The notes: a model not told the origin generated them from the letters alone. A DNA stretch of 64,000 nucleotides from Desulfatiglandales bacterium (GCA_963662465.1 OY759599.1:6976001-7040000); one strand, 5' to 3'; shown: positions 21,873-32,742, counted from the first letter of the stretch. Numbers and translations are program-made.

Positions 21873-22368
21873 AGGCTGCTTTATAAAAATACTTTTTCAT
21901 AACATGCACTTTACTCAATTCAGCAGGCAACGCCAACAAAATCCAAATGTGGCACAAACCCCAAAAGGTCAAACATCCTCGGACACCAAGGCGTTGCCTT
22001 TTCCTGATCGGTTTTACCCCGATCCGGAAAAAACAAAAACCCTTTGCGCTCTTCGCGCCTTCGCGGTTCAATATTTTTTTGTCTTTCAATCGTCAATCAG
22101 CAATCATCAATCCCAATGCGTCCCCCATTACACGTTTGATGTAGTCATGGCGACAAGGCGCCAGCGTCCCCCATTACACGCGAGTTCTGAAAAAACCAGC
22201 TTGCTGGAAAAGCCGGCAAAAATTTAACCATCCGGATCTGAGAAAGCCCCCGGAACCGAACAACCAACCCTGAGTGATATTGTAACCCAAGGGGCGGAGC
22301 TATGCTGGTCCCCAACCCCGGGCGCCCAAAATCTGAAAGCTATTTGAACAATAAGCAAAGCCTGATTC

Positions 22369-23280
22369 ATGAAAATCAACCATCTCGGAGCAAAAAATTG
22401 CGTCACCGGCTCATGTCACCTGCTGCAGACCCGTCCGGCTTCAGCCGGTGGGCTGAGCAATGCCGGCCACATTCTGGGATCATGTTTTATCCGTTTTGAA
22501 ATCCCCACGGAAACCCCCTCTTCAGTGATTTTCTCAGGAGACCTCGGATGCACGGACACACCCATTTTACCCGACCCTGACACACCCGACGCCTGTGATC
22601 TTCTGATATTGGAATCCACCTATGGAGACAGAAACCATACCAACAGAAAAGACAGACTCAACGCTTTGGAACAATTACTCCATAAAGCCCATGCTGACAA
22701 AGGCATTGTTTATATCCCCGCATTTTCCCTTGGAAGAACCCAGGAGCTGATTTATGAACTGGACCGGATAGGAACAAAGGTTCCCGTGTTTGTGGATTCT
22801 CCCCTCGGCCTTAAAATTACAAAAATTTATTCAGACCTTGAAAAATTCTGGGATAAAGAGGCAAAGGCTCTCAAGGCAAAGGGCGACCACCCCATTGATT
22901 TTAAGAATCTCTACGCAGTGGAAAAATACCGGGATCATAAAAAACTCCTGAATATCTCCGGCCCTGCCATCATCATAGCCGGCAGCGGCATGTGTACAGG
23001 CGGCCGCATTGTGGATCACCTGGAACACGGACTTGAAGATCCGGCAAATGATATCTTTTTTGTGGGATACCAGGCAAAGGGAACACCCGGAAGGCGAATG
23101 ATTGAGAAACAAACTCCGGTTAAAGCAGGCATCCATACCCTTACAGGTTATTCAGCCCATGCCGATCAGAACATGCTTGTCAACTGGGTGAAATCCATGC
23201 CCACTCCGCCAGGGGAAATCCGGCTGGTTCATGGGGAAAGCCACGCCCGCCATGCCCTTGCCCGAGCATTGGAATTATAA
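22369..23280 (+). pseudogene. Beta-CASP MBL-fold metallo-hydrolase (RNA-processing type), internally deleted
   Basis: VTGSCHLL joined almost directly to AGHILGS, so HxHxDH is missing; FSGDLG, ESTYG, GYSAHAD, LVHGE present. Confidence 0.85.
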
Positions 23281-23304
23281 TCAATAACCACAATTCGGAT
23301 ACAT

Positions 23305-23529
23305 TTAGTAAAGCAGGAAAATCAGCTTGTCATACACCGTGGGCAATTTGCCTTTCTGACCTCCTCCTGCTTTACGCTGACGTTTACCCTGAGCAAGCTG
23401 TTCCTGATACACCCGCTCTTTCTCTTGTGTCAATGCTATACCAAAAGCATTTTCAAGAGTTCCCCGTTTTTCTGTTGGCACTCCTGTTAAAGTTCGGAGT
23501 TGACGATCATCTTTGATTTCTGGTCTCAT
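23305..23529 (-). mobile_element. IS5-like (DDE_Tnp_4 HTH) transposase N-terminal fragment
   Basis: RQLRTLTG...RQRKAGGGQKGKL...KLIFLLY, truncated. Confidence 0.7.
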
Positions 23530-23859
23530 TCTGGTATATCCTCCTCAATAAGATTTTGAAGAAGTATACCACCATTTTTTATTGAGGAAGGCCTCTAATC
23601 AATCGGCTATTAGAAATCCCAGACACGATATATAAAAACCTCCAGGATGGTTGGTGGCAGTTTCAACATGATTGATCAGAATTTTTTTCGGAGATATTCA
23701 AGAAATATTTTCTGAGCGTGCGAAATGTAAGGTATAGTTGTTCGGAACAGTCTTTTAAGAGGTGAAACAAACCTTGACATGTGTAATCAGATATGGGCTA
23801 AAATAGGATAAGTTACGTTTGTTTCCAACATTTCCAGCGCAGCACTGGAGAAAATAACT

Positions 23860-24051
23860 ATGGAATTCAACATGTTTTATAAAAAAAAGAATGACTGGTT
23901 TATCGGCCATATCCAAGAATACCCCGATTATGAAAGCCAGGGTAGAACCTTGGATGAATTGAGAGAAAATCTAATAGAGATCTATAGTGATATCAATGAA
24001 GGCCTGGTACCTGACGCTGAACCATTTCAGTTAATGGAAGTTGCAATTTGA
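23860..24051 (+). CDS. HicB family antitoxin
   Basis: G....YPDY.SQG.TLDEL.ENL motif. Confidence 0.85.
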   Translation: MEFNMFYKKKNDWFIGHIQEYPDYESQGRTLDELRENLIEIYSDINEGLVPDAEPFQLMEVAI

Positions 24052-24221
24052 AAAGAAAAGAATTGCTTAGGATTATCAAAGCAAACGGTTGTGTGTTTGT
24101 GCGTCATGGCGGCAATCACGATTGGTATAAGAATCCTACATCCGGCATAAGCCAACCTATAGCGAGACATACTGAAATAGAAGCCGGCCTTGCAAAGAGA
24201 ATCGTTAAAAGGCTTTCTTAG
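24048..24221 (+). CDS. HicA family toxin (57 aa, not in ORF track)
   Basis: TTG start; KRKELL...NGCVFVRHGGNHDWY.NP...PIARH.EI. Confidence 0.85.
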   Translation: MKRKELLRIIKANGCVFVRHGGNHDWYKNPTSGISQPIARHTEIEAGLAKRIVKRLS

Positions 24222-24371
24222 GCTTTTCAAAAAAGCCCTAAAGTGGGGTGAAAATAACCTTGAAATGGGGAAGTAGCGGTGGGACAGGTAAGTTACTTTT
24301 GTTACCAACGTTCCCCATTCATGTGCCCATTGCAACGCGTCCAATCCTTAATATCGGAGTTTTAGAATATT

Positions 24372-24683
24372 ATGATCTCAGCATTACACGCAAAAGCATA
24401 CCCCTATGTTGATTGTGATCCGGAAATCGCTGACGGAAAGCCAATAATTTCCGGAACGCGGATTACAGTCAGATGCATTGCCGGCTATTACCAAATGGGA
24501 ATGAGCGCTGACGAAATTTTGACGACATTGGCGCATCTAACGCCCTCACAGCTACATTCTGCTTTGGCATACTATTTTGACCATCAAGTTGAAGTTGATT
24601 CTGATTTGGCTGAATCTTCAGACGTAGAGTTCTGGAAATCGCAAGTTACACACCGCTCCAATCTGAAAAGCTTGAACTCATGA
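24372..24683 (+). CDS. DUF433 antitoxin
   Basis: GKPIISGTRITV, ALAYYFDH. Confidence 0.88.
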   Translation: MISALHAKAYPYVDCDPEIADGKPIISGTRITVRCIAGYYQMGMSADEILTTLAHLTPSQLHSALAYYFDHQVEVDSDLAESSDVEFWKSQVTHRSNLKSLNS

Positions 24684-25020
24684 AAATCGAATTATTTCTT
24701 GATGAAGATGTGCATTCGGGATTAGCACATGCCTTGCGAAAGAGAGGGTATGATGTCATTCACGCTCAGGAATTGGATAGGAAGGGACTGTCCGATTTAG
24801 ATCAACTGTTTTTTGCAATAGAGCAAGAACGCTGCCTTTTTACTTTCAATGTGAAAGATTTTGTGATTATCCACAACGAGCAGGCAAAAGCCCAACAAGA
24901 ACATTGGGGGGGATCATAGTCTCAAAACAACTCCCATTCAGAGAAACCATGTATAAATTTTTAAACCTGCTTCAACGATATCGTAAAGAAGAAATGAAAG
25001 ACCGATTAGAATTTCTATAG
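24680..25020 (+). pseudogene. DUF5615 PIN-like toxin, frameshifted in a G7 run (24906-24912)
   Basis: LFLDEDV..LRKRGYDV, TFNVKDF; GII.. continues in another frame to TAG at 25020. Confidence 0.8.
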
Positions 25021-25182
25021 ATCTTAACACTTTGCGGCTTTGTGCCTTTGCCGCTTTGGACCTTTTCTTCCACATATTGACAAGCGAAAAGACATATGGG
25101 ATTTTTCCAGAATAGTGGAATAGTGACAACGTTCCGCATTACATGCCAACGTCCCCCATTACTATTAACATAAGGTGAAAAT

Positions 25183-25428
25183 ATGATCCCGAAACCACTG
25201 TTTATTCGTGCCGAATGGGACGAAGAGGCCCGTGTCTGGGTTGCAACAAGTGACGATGTTGCTGGACTGGCCACTGAGGGACCGACTTTAGAGGAATTGA
25301 TCGAAAAGCTGAAAATAATTATTCCAGAACTTCTTGATGCTAATCAAAACGAGACTGTCGGTAGAGGTGAAGTGCCTTTCGAGCTTCTGATCCGTCGCTT
25401 TGAGATTGCCCAACGCCTGGGCCACTGA
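25183..25428 (+). CDS. DUF1902 HicB-like protein (orphan antitoxin)
   Basis: WDEEARVWVATSDDV.GLATE; site A on both sides. Confidence 0.85.
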   Translation: MIPKPLFIRAEWDEEARVWVATSDDVAGLATEGPTLEELIEKLKIIIPELLDANQNETVGRGEVPFELLIRRFEIAQRLGH

Positions 25429-25557
25429 TGGCCGATCCAAAAGATTAAAGCAACAAAAGTGCCAACGTCTCCCATTCCCGTCCCCCATTCCAGGAGCATT
25501 ATAGGATGTCCCCCATTACACATTTCAACAACCCATTGCGATATTTGGGAGGAGCCA

Positions 25558-25782
25558 ATGAAAAAATATGAGAGTATCGAGAGCAATCCCAATGTCATGT
25601 TCGGGAAACCGGTAATCAAGAATACCCGAATTACGGTTGAACAGGTCTTACGGAAACTATCCGGAGGGATGACAACTCAGGAGATCATTAGGGATCATCC
25701 ACACTTAAGACCTGAGGATATCTTTGCCGCTCAAGAATTCGCGGCTGATTACTTGGCTGCTGAAGAAATTGCTTTCGGATAA
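25558..25782 (+). CDS. DUF433 antitoxin
   Basis: NPNVMFGKPVIKNTRITVE; GGAG RBS. Confidence 0.88.
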   Translation: MKKYESIESNPNVMFGKPVIKNTRITVEQVLRKLSGGMTTQEIIRDHPHLRPEDIFAAQEFAADYLAAEEIAFG

Positions 25783-25793
25783 GAGCCGACAAA

Positions 25794-26271
25794 TTGAGAT
25801 TCCTGACCGATGGGTGTTGTGATGCTGGACTGGTGATGTCCTTAAGAGGTGATGGGCATGATGTCTCATGCGTATCGGAGAGGCACGCCGGCGGTTCTGA
25901 TGACGAAGTCTTGACTGAAGCCTACATCGAAAAACGATTCTCATAACAGAGGATAAAGATTTTGGAGATCTTGTATATCGACTTAAAAAGCCTGTAAGGG
26001 GAGTAATCCTGATTCGAATGGATGTAAACTCTCATGGCAAGGGGCTTTGCCACCCCCTCGCATGAAAATGACATTAAGCTAACAGGTAACAGTTAACAGG
26101 TAACAGCTAACGGCTAACAGCTAACAGCTGCATTTTCATGGTAAAGAAAGACACATGAAGTGGCGCCGATTGAAGAATCTGCTAATAAATCACGAGATAC
26201 GGTTGTCGGGTCATTTTGTTGTCGTTGATGTTAACAAATTTCGGTTTCGGCCCTTGCTTTTTTCAGTATAG
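25794..26271 (+). pseudogene. DUF5615 PIN-like toxin; frameshift plus ~117-bp insertion
   Basis: LRFLTD..CD, GHDV, EDKDFGDLV, GVILIR; interrupted at ~26029-26142. Confidence 0.8.
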
Positions 26272-26284
26272 CACCACAAAATTC

Positions 26285-26390
26285 CTTAAAAGCCCCTTTT
26301 TAGCCCCGAAAAAAACTGTTTAAGGACCAAAATCAGTCCAATTTGAAAGCTTTTCAATAATATATCAGTAGGTTGTTGCGGTCCGACCCC
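26285..26390 (+). repeat. Site B (hairpin + 66 nt + GGTCCGACCCC); copies end at 26390, 27150, 29955, 35079, 43104, 44300, 44576, 53489, 55409
   Basis: CTTAAAA..TTTTT..AAAAA..TTTTAAG stem with fixed spacing to the terminal motif. Confidence 0.85.
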
Positions 26391-26457
26391 AAGAGGCCCA
26401 CATATCAATCAAAAAGAGCAGTATGTAACTGACGTTCCTCTTTTCACCTTGCTCTTG

Positions 26458-27022
26458 ATGCCCCGCGCCAACCGACATTTTATCCCCGGCTATATTTGGC
26501 ATATCACCCATCGATGCCATAAGAAAGAGTTTCTTCTAAAATTTGACAAGGACAAAAGTCGCTGGTTATGGTGGCTATTTGAGGCGAAGAAGCGCTATGG
26601 AACGTGTATCTTGGATTACATGGTTACGCGATCTCAATAGGGTCCGAGCTGGAGTGGTGAGCCACCCATTGGAGTGGGGGCGTTTTAGCGGTTACAACGA
26701 AATTCAGAACCCTAAAGAGAGATACTCGCTCATTGATCACGCACAATTGGTGACTCTTCTCGGCAAGGAGGGCATAGATGACCTCATTGGTTCGCACGCC
26801 ACTTGGGTGGATGAAGCCGTGAATCAGGGAAACAAGCCACGTGAGGTCAAGTGGACGGAAAGCATCGCGGTTGGAAGCAAAGAGTTCGTGGAAAAGATCA
26901 AAGAAAAGCTAGGGGCCTTATTTCTGAGTCGTAAGGTGGAAGGGGAAGAGGCGTTATGAACTCCACGATCCACAACGCCCCTACAGGCTTACAGAGAATT
27001 CCTTTCCATGGCGGGATCTTTA
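26458..27022 (+). pseudogene. RAYT type B transposase, internally deleted
   Basis: Near-identical to 42215-42976 but lacks the segment with the HUH motif (NHIH). Confidence 0.9.
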
Positions 27023-27162
27023 GCGAAAACTTTCAGAGCTCTTTCTTAAAACCCGTTTTTTAGGGTCAAAAGGGGGGGGGTAAGGGTCTAAAACAGGCCT
27101 CTTTTTGTGGTTATCGTAGTTATTACAAGTTGTTGCTGAGGACCGACCCCAAGAGAAGGAAA

Positions 27163-27343
27163 AAGAATGGGATAAATCAAATTGTCACATTCAACATAAA
27201 GGATTTCCAGAAATATCCCTGGCTGACCGTTGTGGATCCGCGTGGCAGACGCAGTTCATTTCGAACTTCCGCGATATGCCCTCTGCCTTCAGACTCCCAC
27301 AGTCGTCGAGAATAGTGGAATAGTGGCAACGTCCCCCATTACA
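27163..27343 (+). pseudogene. Duplicated 3' end of the PIN gene at 38722, with its site A
   Basis: Matches ~39082-39261; begins just after a site B. Confidence 0.85.
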
Positions 27344-27637
27344 CAAAGAGCGCTGCTTGTGGAGCGCGGGAGAGGGCAGGCTGGTGAAATGGCGGGTGCC
27401 TCGGCTGGATGGTAAAACGGTTTAAAATAAATGGGTTACTTCAATTTGGAGCGTGTAACCCAAGGGACGGAGCTGTATCAGCGCATCGATATTTTCAAAG
27501 GAAGAAGGGGAGTCAGGGGAGTAACCTTACACATTAGACGCTCAAGCCCTTAATTATGTGACGAGAAACTAAATAATTAAAGAGCGTTCCCCTGCCCACG
27601 TCCCCCCATTCACCTTTAGAAAAATGGGAGGTAAGTA

Positions 27638-27859
27638 ATGGAATCGGTTTTAATTGAGAAAGAAGCCATGAAACTGCCGCTAGTTGAAAGAGCTTTGCTT
27701 GTTGATCGTCTTTTGCAGACGTTGGATGCTGAAAAGGATTTATCAATAAAGGCTTGGACAGAAGTGACAGAGAAACGATTGGAGAAATTCCGTGCAGGAG
27801 AAATGGAAGCGTATGATGGTCAAGCCGTTATCGAATCTCTTAGGAAAGAATTACGATGA
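27638..27859 (+). CDS. Addiction module antitoxin component
   Basis: LPLVERALLVDRLLQTL...AW..V...R pattern. Confidence 0.85.
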   Translation: MESVLIEKEAMKLPLVERALLVDRLLQTLDAEKDLSIKAWTEVTEKRLEKFRAGEMEAYDGQAVIESLRKELR

Positions 27860-28155
27860 CCAAATTTCGTATTCTTTCAATAGCTGCCCGTGATTTGGCA
27901 AATGCAATTGAGTATTATGAGACCAAGAGTGTGGGATTGGGCGGTGACTTTCTTGATGAATACGAAAGGACCATTTCAAGGATTTGCAGGTTTCCAGAGG
28001 CTTGGGCGCTTGTCAGCCCAAACCAGCGAAGATGTCTCATGCGTCGTTTTCCTTATGCTGTATTTTATTCCAGGATGGGTGAAGAAATCATTGTAACAGG
28101 TGTCGCCGATCTTCGTATGGATCCTGAAAAGATTCGAAAAGTGCTCCTGAGATAG
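27856..28155 (+). CDS. RelE/ParE family toxin
   Basis: DL..AIEYYE....GLG..F, RR....RFPY. Confidence 0.9.
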   Translation: MTKFRILSIAARDLANAIEYYETKSVGLGGDFLDEYERTISRICRFPEAWALVSPNQRRCLMRRFPYAVFYSRMGEEIIVTGVADLRMDPEKIRKVLLR

Positions 28156-28212
28156 GGGATTCGTTATGCCTCGTTTGTCAAGTTGGCGCTGAATGGCATT
28201 GTGGCCATTGAA

Positions 28213-28320
28213 CGCCTTATAGCACGCGCTGCCGATTTTGAGGGGAAGACCATCAGTCATTTTATAATGACCAGTGCCTTGGAGCGTGCGGAAGAAACCG
28301 TTCAGAGACATCAGATGAAA
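28213..28320 (+). pseudogene. DUF1778 antitoxin fragment
   Basis: LIARAADFEGKTISHFIMTSALERAEE. Confidence 0.65.
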
Positions 28321-28419
28321 ATTCTGCACGATATGCGTATATTATTTTCTTCCAGTTCCCTAACGACAACGCCAAAGGCTTTTATGAGCAATTCGGGTTT
28401 ATCCGCTTGTGAGGTAGAG

Positions 28420-28644
28420 ATGAAATTTAGAGCGGTCATAAAGAAATCAGAGGGCTGGTGGATTGGCTGGCTGGTCGATTTGCCAGGTGTAAATGCTCAG
28501 GAAAAGACACAAAAGGAACTGCTTGACTCTTTAAGAATCGGCGCTGAAGATATGCTTTCGATGGAAGTCCCTTTTGAGCCCGAAGCGCAAATGACGACCG
28601 TTATGGTCAAAGACCCGGCATGGGCGGAAAACCAGACTGCCTAA
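28420..28644 (+). CDS. HicB family antitoxin (orphan)
   Basis: WWIGWLVDLPGVNAQE.T..EL; GAGG RBS. Confidence 0.85.
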   Translation: MKFRAVIKKSEGWWIGWLVDLPGVNAQEKTQKELLDSLRIGAEDMLSMEVPFEPEAQMTTVMVKDPAWAENQTA

Positions 28645-28744
28645 AATTGCAACAGCTATCGTCCCAACCTGTAGCCCATGGCCCATCGCCTAATGCCTTT
28701 TCATTCTTCGTTTCCTTCGTTACCTTCTGTAAATAGCCCTTAAA

Positions 28745-28786
28745 AAAAATCCTGTAAAATCCTGTAAATCCTGTCTAAAAAAAAAT
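28745..28786 (+). repeat. Motif D (AAATCCTGT)n-CTAAAA; also ~35977, 37302, 39511, 45878, 46313, 46431, 54260, 58823, 60568, 62143, 62892
   Basis: Direct reading; two copies flank the GxxExxY gene; inverted partners at ~39405 and ~58777. Confidence 0.9.
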
Positions 28787-28802
28787 AACCGGAGACCCTT
28801 TA

Positions 28803-29140
28803 ATGCAACAACACCAACCCAATACAACCATTCAAAAAGCCCACCCTCCCGACACATCCACCTCTCCCAGGGGAGAGGCTTTCCCCTTGCCGCGGCCCGA
28901 GGACTATAACCAGGAATTCAAGAGACTCAAGAAACTGGTGAATGAACAGCGCCTCAAGGGTCGGGAAATCGTCGTTGTCATGGGTGTGGGGTTTGTAGGC
29001 GCTGTTATGGCGGATGGGTGGTAGTGGATGTTCAGTGCGATTACCACAAGGAGAGTCTGGGGAATGTTCGTCAGGGACATGCCGACATAGAGGCGCTGGA
29101 AGAGAGTCTCAAGATTATCGGGGAGAAGATTGAACCGCAT
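28803..29140 (+). pseudogene. UDP-glucose/GDP-mannose dehydrogenase family N-terminal fragments
   Basis: VVVMGVGFVGAVMA Rossmann motif, then VVVDVQCDY after a deletion; ends at site A. Confidence 0.8.
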
Positions 29141-29182
29141 CTACCAACGTCCCCCCCATTCCATATAAGTATTGGAGGAATT

Positions 29183-29416
29183 ATGGAAGCTTTTGAGTTT
29201 GAAACTGTTCATGAAAATGGAATGATCACAATACCCGATGAAATTAGACATAACTTAACGAAGAAACTTAAGATAATTATTCTGACCCAAGAGGAAAAAG
29301 AAACTGCTTTAAGTAAACTGTTGCTTGATGCTCCTACATGGAATGAATCTTATATAACGGAGTTTTATAAAGAAATTCGAGAAGGATATGCAGATTGGAA
29401 GATAGACGAATTCTAG
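29183..29416 (+). CDS. Putative antitoxin
   Basis: MEAFEFETVHENGMITIP; GGAGG RBS; overlaps a PIN gene. Confidence 0.75.
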   Translation: MEAFEFETVHENGMITIPDEIRHNLTKKLKIIILTQEEKETALSKLLLDAPTWNESYITEFYKEIREGYADWKIDEF

Positions 29417-29682
29417 TTGACACTTCTGTTGTTATTGATCACTTCAGAAAGAAAAATAACCAAAAGTCATTACTTTATGAACTGTCAAAAGATAACAAAT
29501 TGTTTTTGTCTGCGATAAGCAAATTTGAGTTTTTGGTAGGTACAAAACCTTCCCAAATTAGTCAAACAGAAAAACTAATTGAAGGGTTTTTTATTTTATC
29601 TTTCAATTCTAATGTTGCTGCTGTTGCAAGTGATATTGCCAAAAAATTAAAAACAAAAAATAAAATTATCGAATTTAGAGAT
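29395..29682 (+). pseudogene. VapC PIN toxin, 3'-truncated, fused to a HicA-like fragment and a RAYT-B 3' end
   Basis: ILVDTSVVIDHFR...IEFRD, then unrelated sequence. Confidence 0.8.
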
Positions 29683-29983
29683 ATGCTTAAGAATTTATCA
29701 AGCCGGGATGTCGCATGGGTGTTGAGTCAACTTGGCATTACCTTTAAGAGGCATGGGAAAGAAGACGTTTTTGATGGGTTGTACTGGCAGACTTACAGAG
29801 AATTCCTTTCCATGGCGGGATCTTTCGCGAAAACTTTCAGCCGCTCTTTCTTAAAACCCGCTTTTTAGGGTCAAAAAGGGGGTTTTAAGGATCTAAAACA
29901 GGCCTCTTTTTGTGGTTATCGTAGTTATTACAAGTTGTTGCTGAGGTCCGACCCCAAGAAAAAAACAAAGGCGAGGTGAACTT

Positions 29984-30202
29984 ATGATTGATATGTCTGT
30001 TGTAAAGACGCTCTCTATAGAAGAAAAGCTGCGGGTCATGGAAGCCATATGGCAGGATCTAACTGAAGAAGAACATAATGTTCAATCTCCTGCATGGCAT
30101 CTGGAGGCATTGAAAGAGACTGAGCAGAGACGCAAAGAAGGAAAAGAGGCGGTTCTTGATTGGGGAGATGCAAAGAGAGAACTGAGGAAACGCTTCGAAT
30201 GA
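29984..30202 (+). CDS. Addiction module antitoxin component
   Basis: EKLRVMEAIWQDL...SPAWH...L. Confidence 0.88.
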   Translation: MIDMSVVKTLSIEEKLRVMEAIWQDLTEEEHNVQSPAWHLEALKETEQRRKEGKEAVLDWGDAKRELRKRFE

Positions 30203-30495
30203 AGCTGAAGATCCTTTCTTCTGCAGTTGAAGATCTTTATGAAGCCCGGTTATTTTATGAAAGACAAGGTGAGGGGTTGGGCGATTACTTTTTTGACTCG
30301 CTATTTTCGGACATTGATTCTCTGACGCTCTATGGTGGCATACATGCGAAATTCCATGGCTATCACCGTATGCTATCTAAGCGGTTCCCTTACGCCGTGT
30401 ACTATACCGTACAAAGAAAAGAGCTTGTCCTTGTTCGGCGTGTTTTGGATTTACGTCAAAATCCAAAAAAGATTCGAAAAGCTTTACAGTCGTGA
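30199..30495 (+). CDS. RelE/ParE family toxin
   Basis: FYERQGEGLGDYF, KRFPYAVYY, VLDLRQNP. Confidence 0.9.
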   Translation: MKLKILSSAVEDLYEARLFYERQGEGLGDYFFDSLFSDIDSLTLYGGIHAKFHGYHRMLSKRFPYAVYYTVQRKELVLVRRVLDLRQNPKKIRKALQS

Positions 30496-30740
30496 AAAGG
30501 TTACGCGAAAAACTCCCTTCACGCCTTTCTGTTCGCATGGGTGTTCAAAAGGCAGTCATGAGAGGTTCGGAATTAAGAACGAATCACCCAGTGTTGGAAA
30601 AATTAAGTTGACAAAGTTGCCAACGTTTCCCCATGCGGGCATCGAATCCCTGGGGGGCAAGATCGCCATAAGAAACTATTAAGTTCATATCAAGCAAAAA
30701 GCCGTATGTAACTGACGTTCCTCTTTTCACCTTGCTCTTG

Positions 30741-31107
30741 ATGCCCCGCGCCAACCGACATTTTATCCCCGGCTATATTTGGCATATCACCCATCGATGC
30801 CATAAGAAAGAGTTTCTTCTAAAATTTGACAAGGACAAAAGTCGCTGGTTATGGTGGCTATTTGAGGCGAAGAAGCGCTATGGAACGTGTATCTTGGATT
30901 ACATGGTTACGCGATCTCAATAGGGTCCGAGCTGGGGGCCTTATTTCTGAGTCGTAAGGTGGAAGGAGGAGAAGGCCGATATGAACTCCACGATCCGCAA
31001 CGCCCCTACAGGCTTACAGAGAACACCTTTCTATGGCGGGATCTTTAGCGAAAACTTTCAGTAGCTCTTTCTTAAAGCCCTCTTTTTGGGGTCAAAAAGG
31101 GAGTTTT
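30741..31107 (+). pseudogene. RAYT type B, doubly deleted, with partial site B
   Basis: Same first deletion junction as the 26458 copy, plus a second deletion at AGCTGG. Confidence 0.9.
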
Positions 31108-31136
31108 AACTTACATTAGGATGAAGGAGGTTGCAG

Positions 31137-31415
31137 ATGGAAACACAAACATCAAAAACAAAAACCTCTTCTTTGAAAGCCATTGTTCGCGAAACCATAC
31201 AGAGCAATTTGTTGGAAGGGATTATCGAAATTCCTAACGAACTTAGGGATCGTTTGGTGGAGGTGATTCTTTTGCCTGTTGTTAGTGAAAAACACAACGG
31301 TCAAAGTAATATGAAGTCAGGTTCCTCTCTGAAGCGCTTCGCAGGTGCATGGTCCGGGGGACAACTCGTCAGGGAAGATCAGGGAAGCTATGAGGTCCGT
31401 GAGGAGCTGTTATGA
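31137..31415 (+). CDS. Putative antitoxin
   Basis: AGGAGG RBS; GAWSG..LVR..QG.YE.RE; precedes a PIN gene. Confidence 0.75.
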   Translation: METQTSKTKTSSLKAIVRETIQSNLLEGIIEIPNELRDRLVEVILLPVVSEKHNGQSNMKSGSSLKRFAGAWSGGQLVREDQGSYEVREELL

Positions 31416-31712
31416 TTGCCGGATACCAATGTCTGGATTCGCTTCTTAAATCCTGGAGAGAACCATGTCAAAAATCACTTTCTTTCAGCTGATCCAGCAA
31501 CAATTTGGCTTTGTTCGGTTGTAAAAGCCGAATTGTTCTTCGGTGCCCTGAAAAGTGCTCGAATCAAAGAAAATCTTCGGCTTTTGGATGAATTGTTTGC
31601 AAATTTCGATTCTGTTTTTTTTGACGACGATGCTGCTCGAAAATACGGCGAGATCCGTTCGGATCTTGCTCGGAAGGGTACTCCAATTGGTCCGAACGAT
31701 TTGATGATTGCG
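31416..31712 (+). pseudogene. VapC PIN toxin truncated by a transposase remnant
   Basis: DTNVWI, AELFFGA, GTPIGPNDLMIAA, then foreign sequence. Confidence 0.85.
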
Positions 31713-32436
31713 GCTATTGATGGTGGTTTCAGTGCGAATGTAATACCCGGTTTTGTTGTACTGCTTGATGGCGTTACCTCGAAACCAGTGTTTGATGCAC
31801 GCATTATTGTCATACAGCCGCCGGAATGTCTTGGATGTTGATCGGCGATGAGGCCGACGATTAAAAATCTGTGAAATCGTATCGGGCAATCCGAGACGGT
31901 GGAACTTATCCAAGAGTCGTTCAAAGAGGCTGGTACAAAAACGCGCTGATCGAAACACAATATTAGAAGAAACTTCGACCTGGCTTGAATACCAGTCGTG
32001 ATAAAGGAATTTGGATCGGGTTGACATTTCCTTTGTCGAATTTGAAGAAAATATTCATCCAGTAGTTGATCCTGTTAAGTACAGCTCTGCCAGTGAGAGA
32101 CGCAGCGGCTTTTTGAAAGGCCTCTGGATTTTCAACGTCAACAAATGCGTTTTCGCTGAGCCTGTATTTGATGCCTTGTTTGTCGAGCTGGAGTTGAATG
32201 GCATTGTGGCCGTTGAAATAGAATTCTGCACGAATTTGAATATGACCATTGAGTTGGTCGGTTAGAATCCTCATTACACCGTTTGACAACCCTTTGAATC
32301 CGAGAGCCCTGAGGAGCCTGACAATGCCTGCTGGAGAAAAGAGGGAGAGAATGTAGCCTCGAATAATAACCCGATCGAAGCAGAAATATTTGAACTTGAT
32401 ATTTTTTGAGAATTGATTCAAAAATGAGTTCTTCAT
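31713..32436 (-). mobile_element. Degraded putative transposase of a family I cannot name
   Basis: FDRVIIRGY, YFNGH, KQYNK..RTETTIN across frameshifted ORFs; short related pieces at ~28172-28212 and 21333-21351. Confidence 0.55.
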
Positions 32437-32742
32437 GGGTGTTCCTCCGGTAAGTGAGTGTTGGCTAAACAATCCATACCGGATCGCCCATGAAATTCCA
32501 AATCAAAGAAGGGGATTTTAGGCAGGGGGTAAGAGACTTCAGGATGGTCAGATGGGGTCAAGCGCTTCATCAACTTTAATATCCGGGATTTGCCCCGGCC
32601 GAAAATATTTAACCATCATGTCATTAGCCCCCTGCCTACAGCCCTTTTCGGAACTTTAGTTTGGTAAACTATCACGGTAATCGGAAAATCGAAAGAAACG
32701 CATGAATGCATGGGCGTCCCCCTGCCCCCGGAGCGAGCAAAA

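Noticed and set aside
28183..29868. ORF-track proteins 28183-28644, 29018-29416 and 29395-29868 as novel fusions
   Set aside because: Chance read-through across joined fragments; internal RBS and start codons define the real genes
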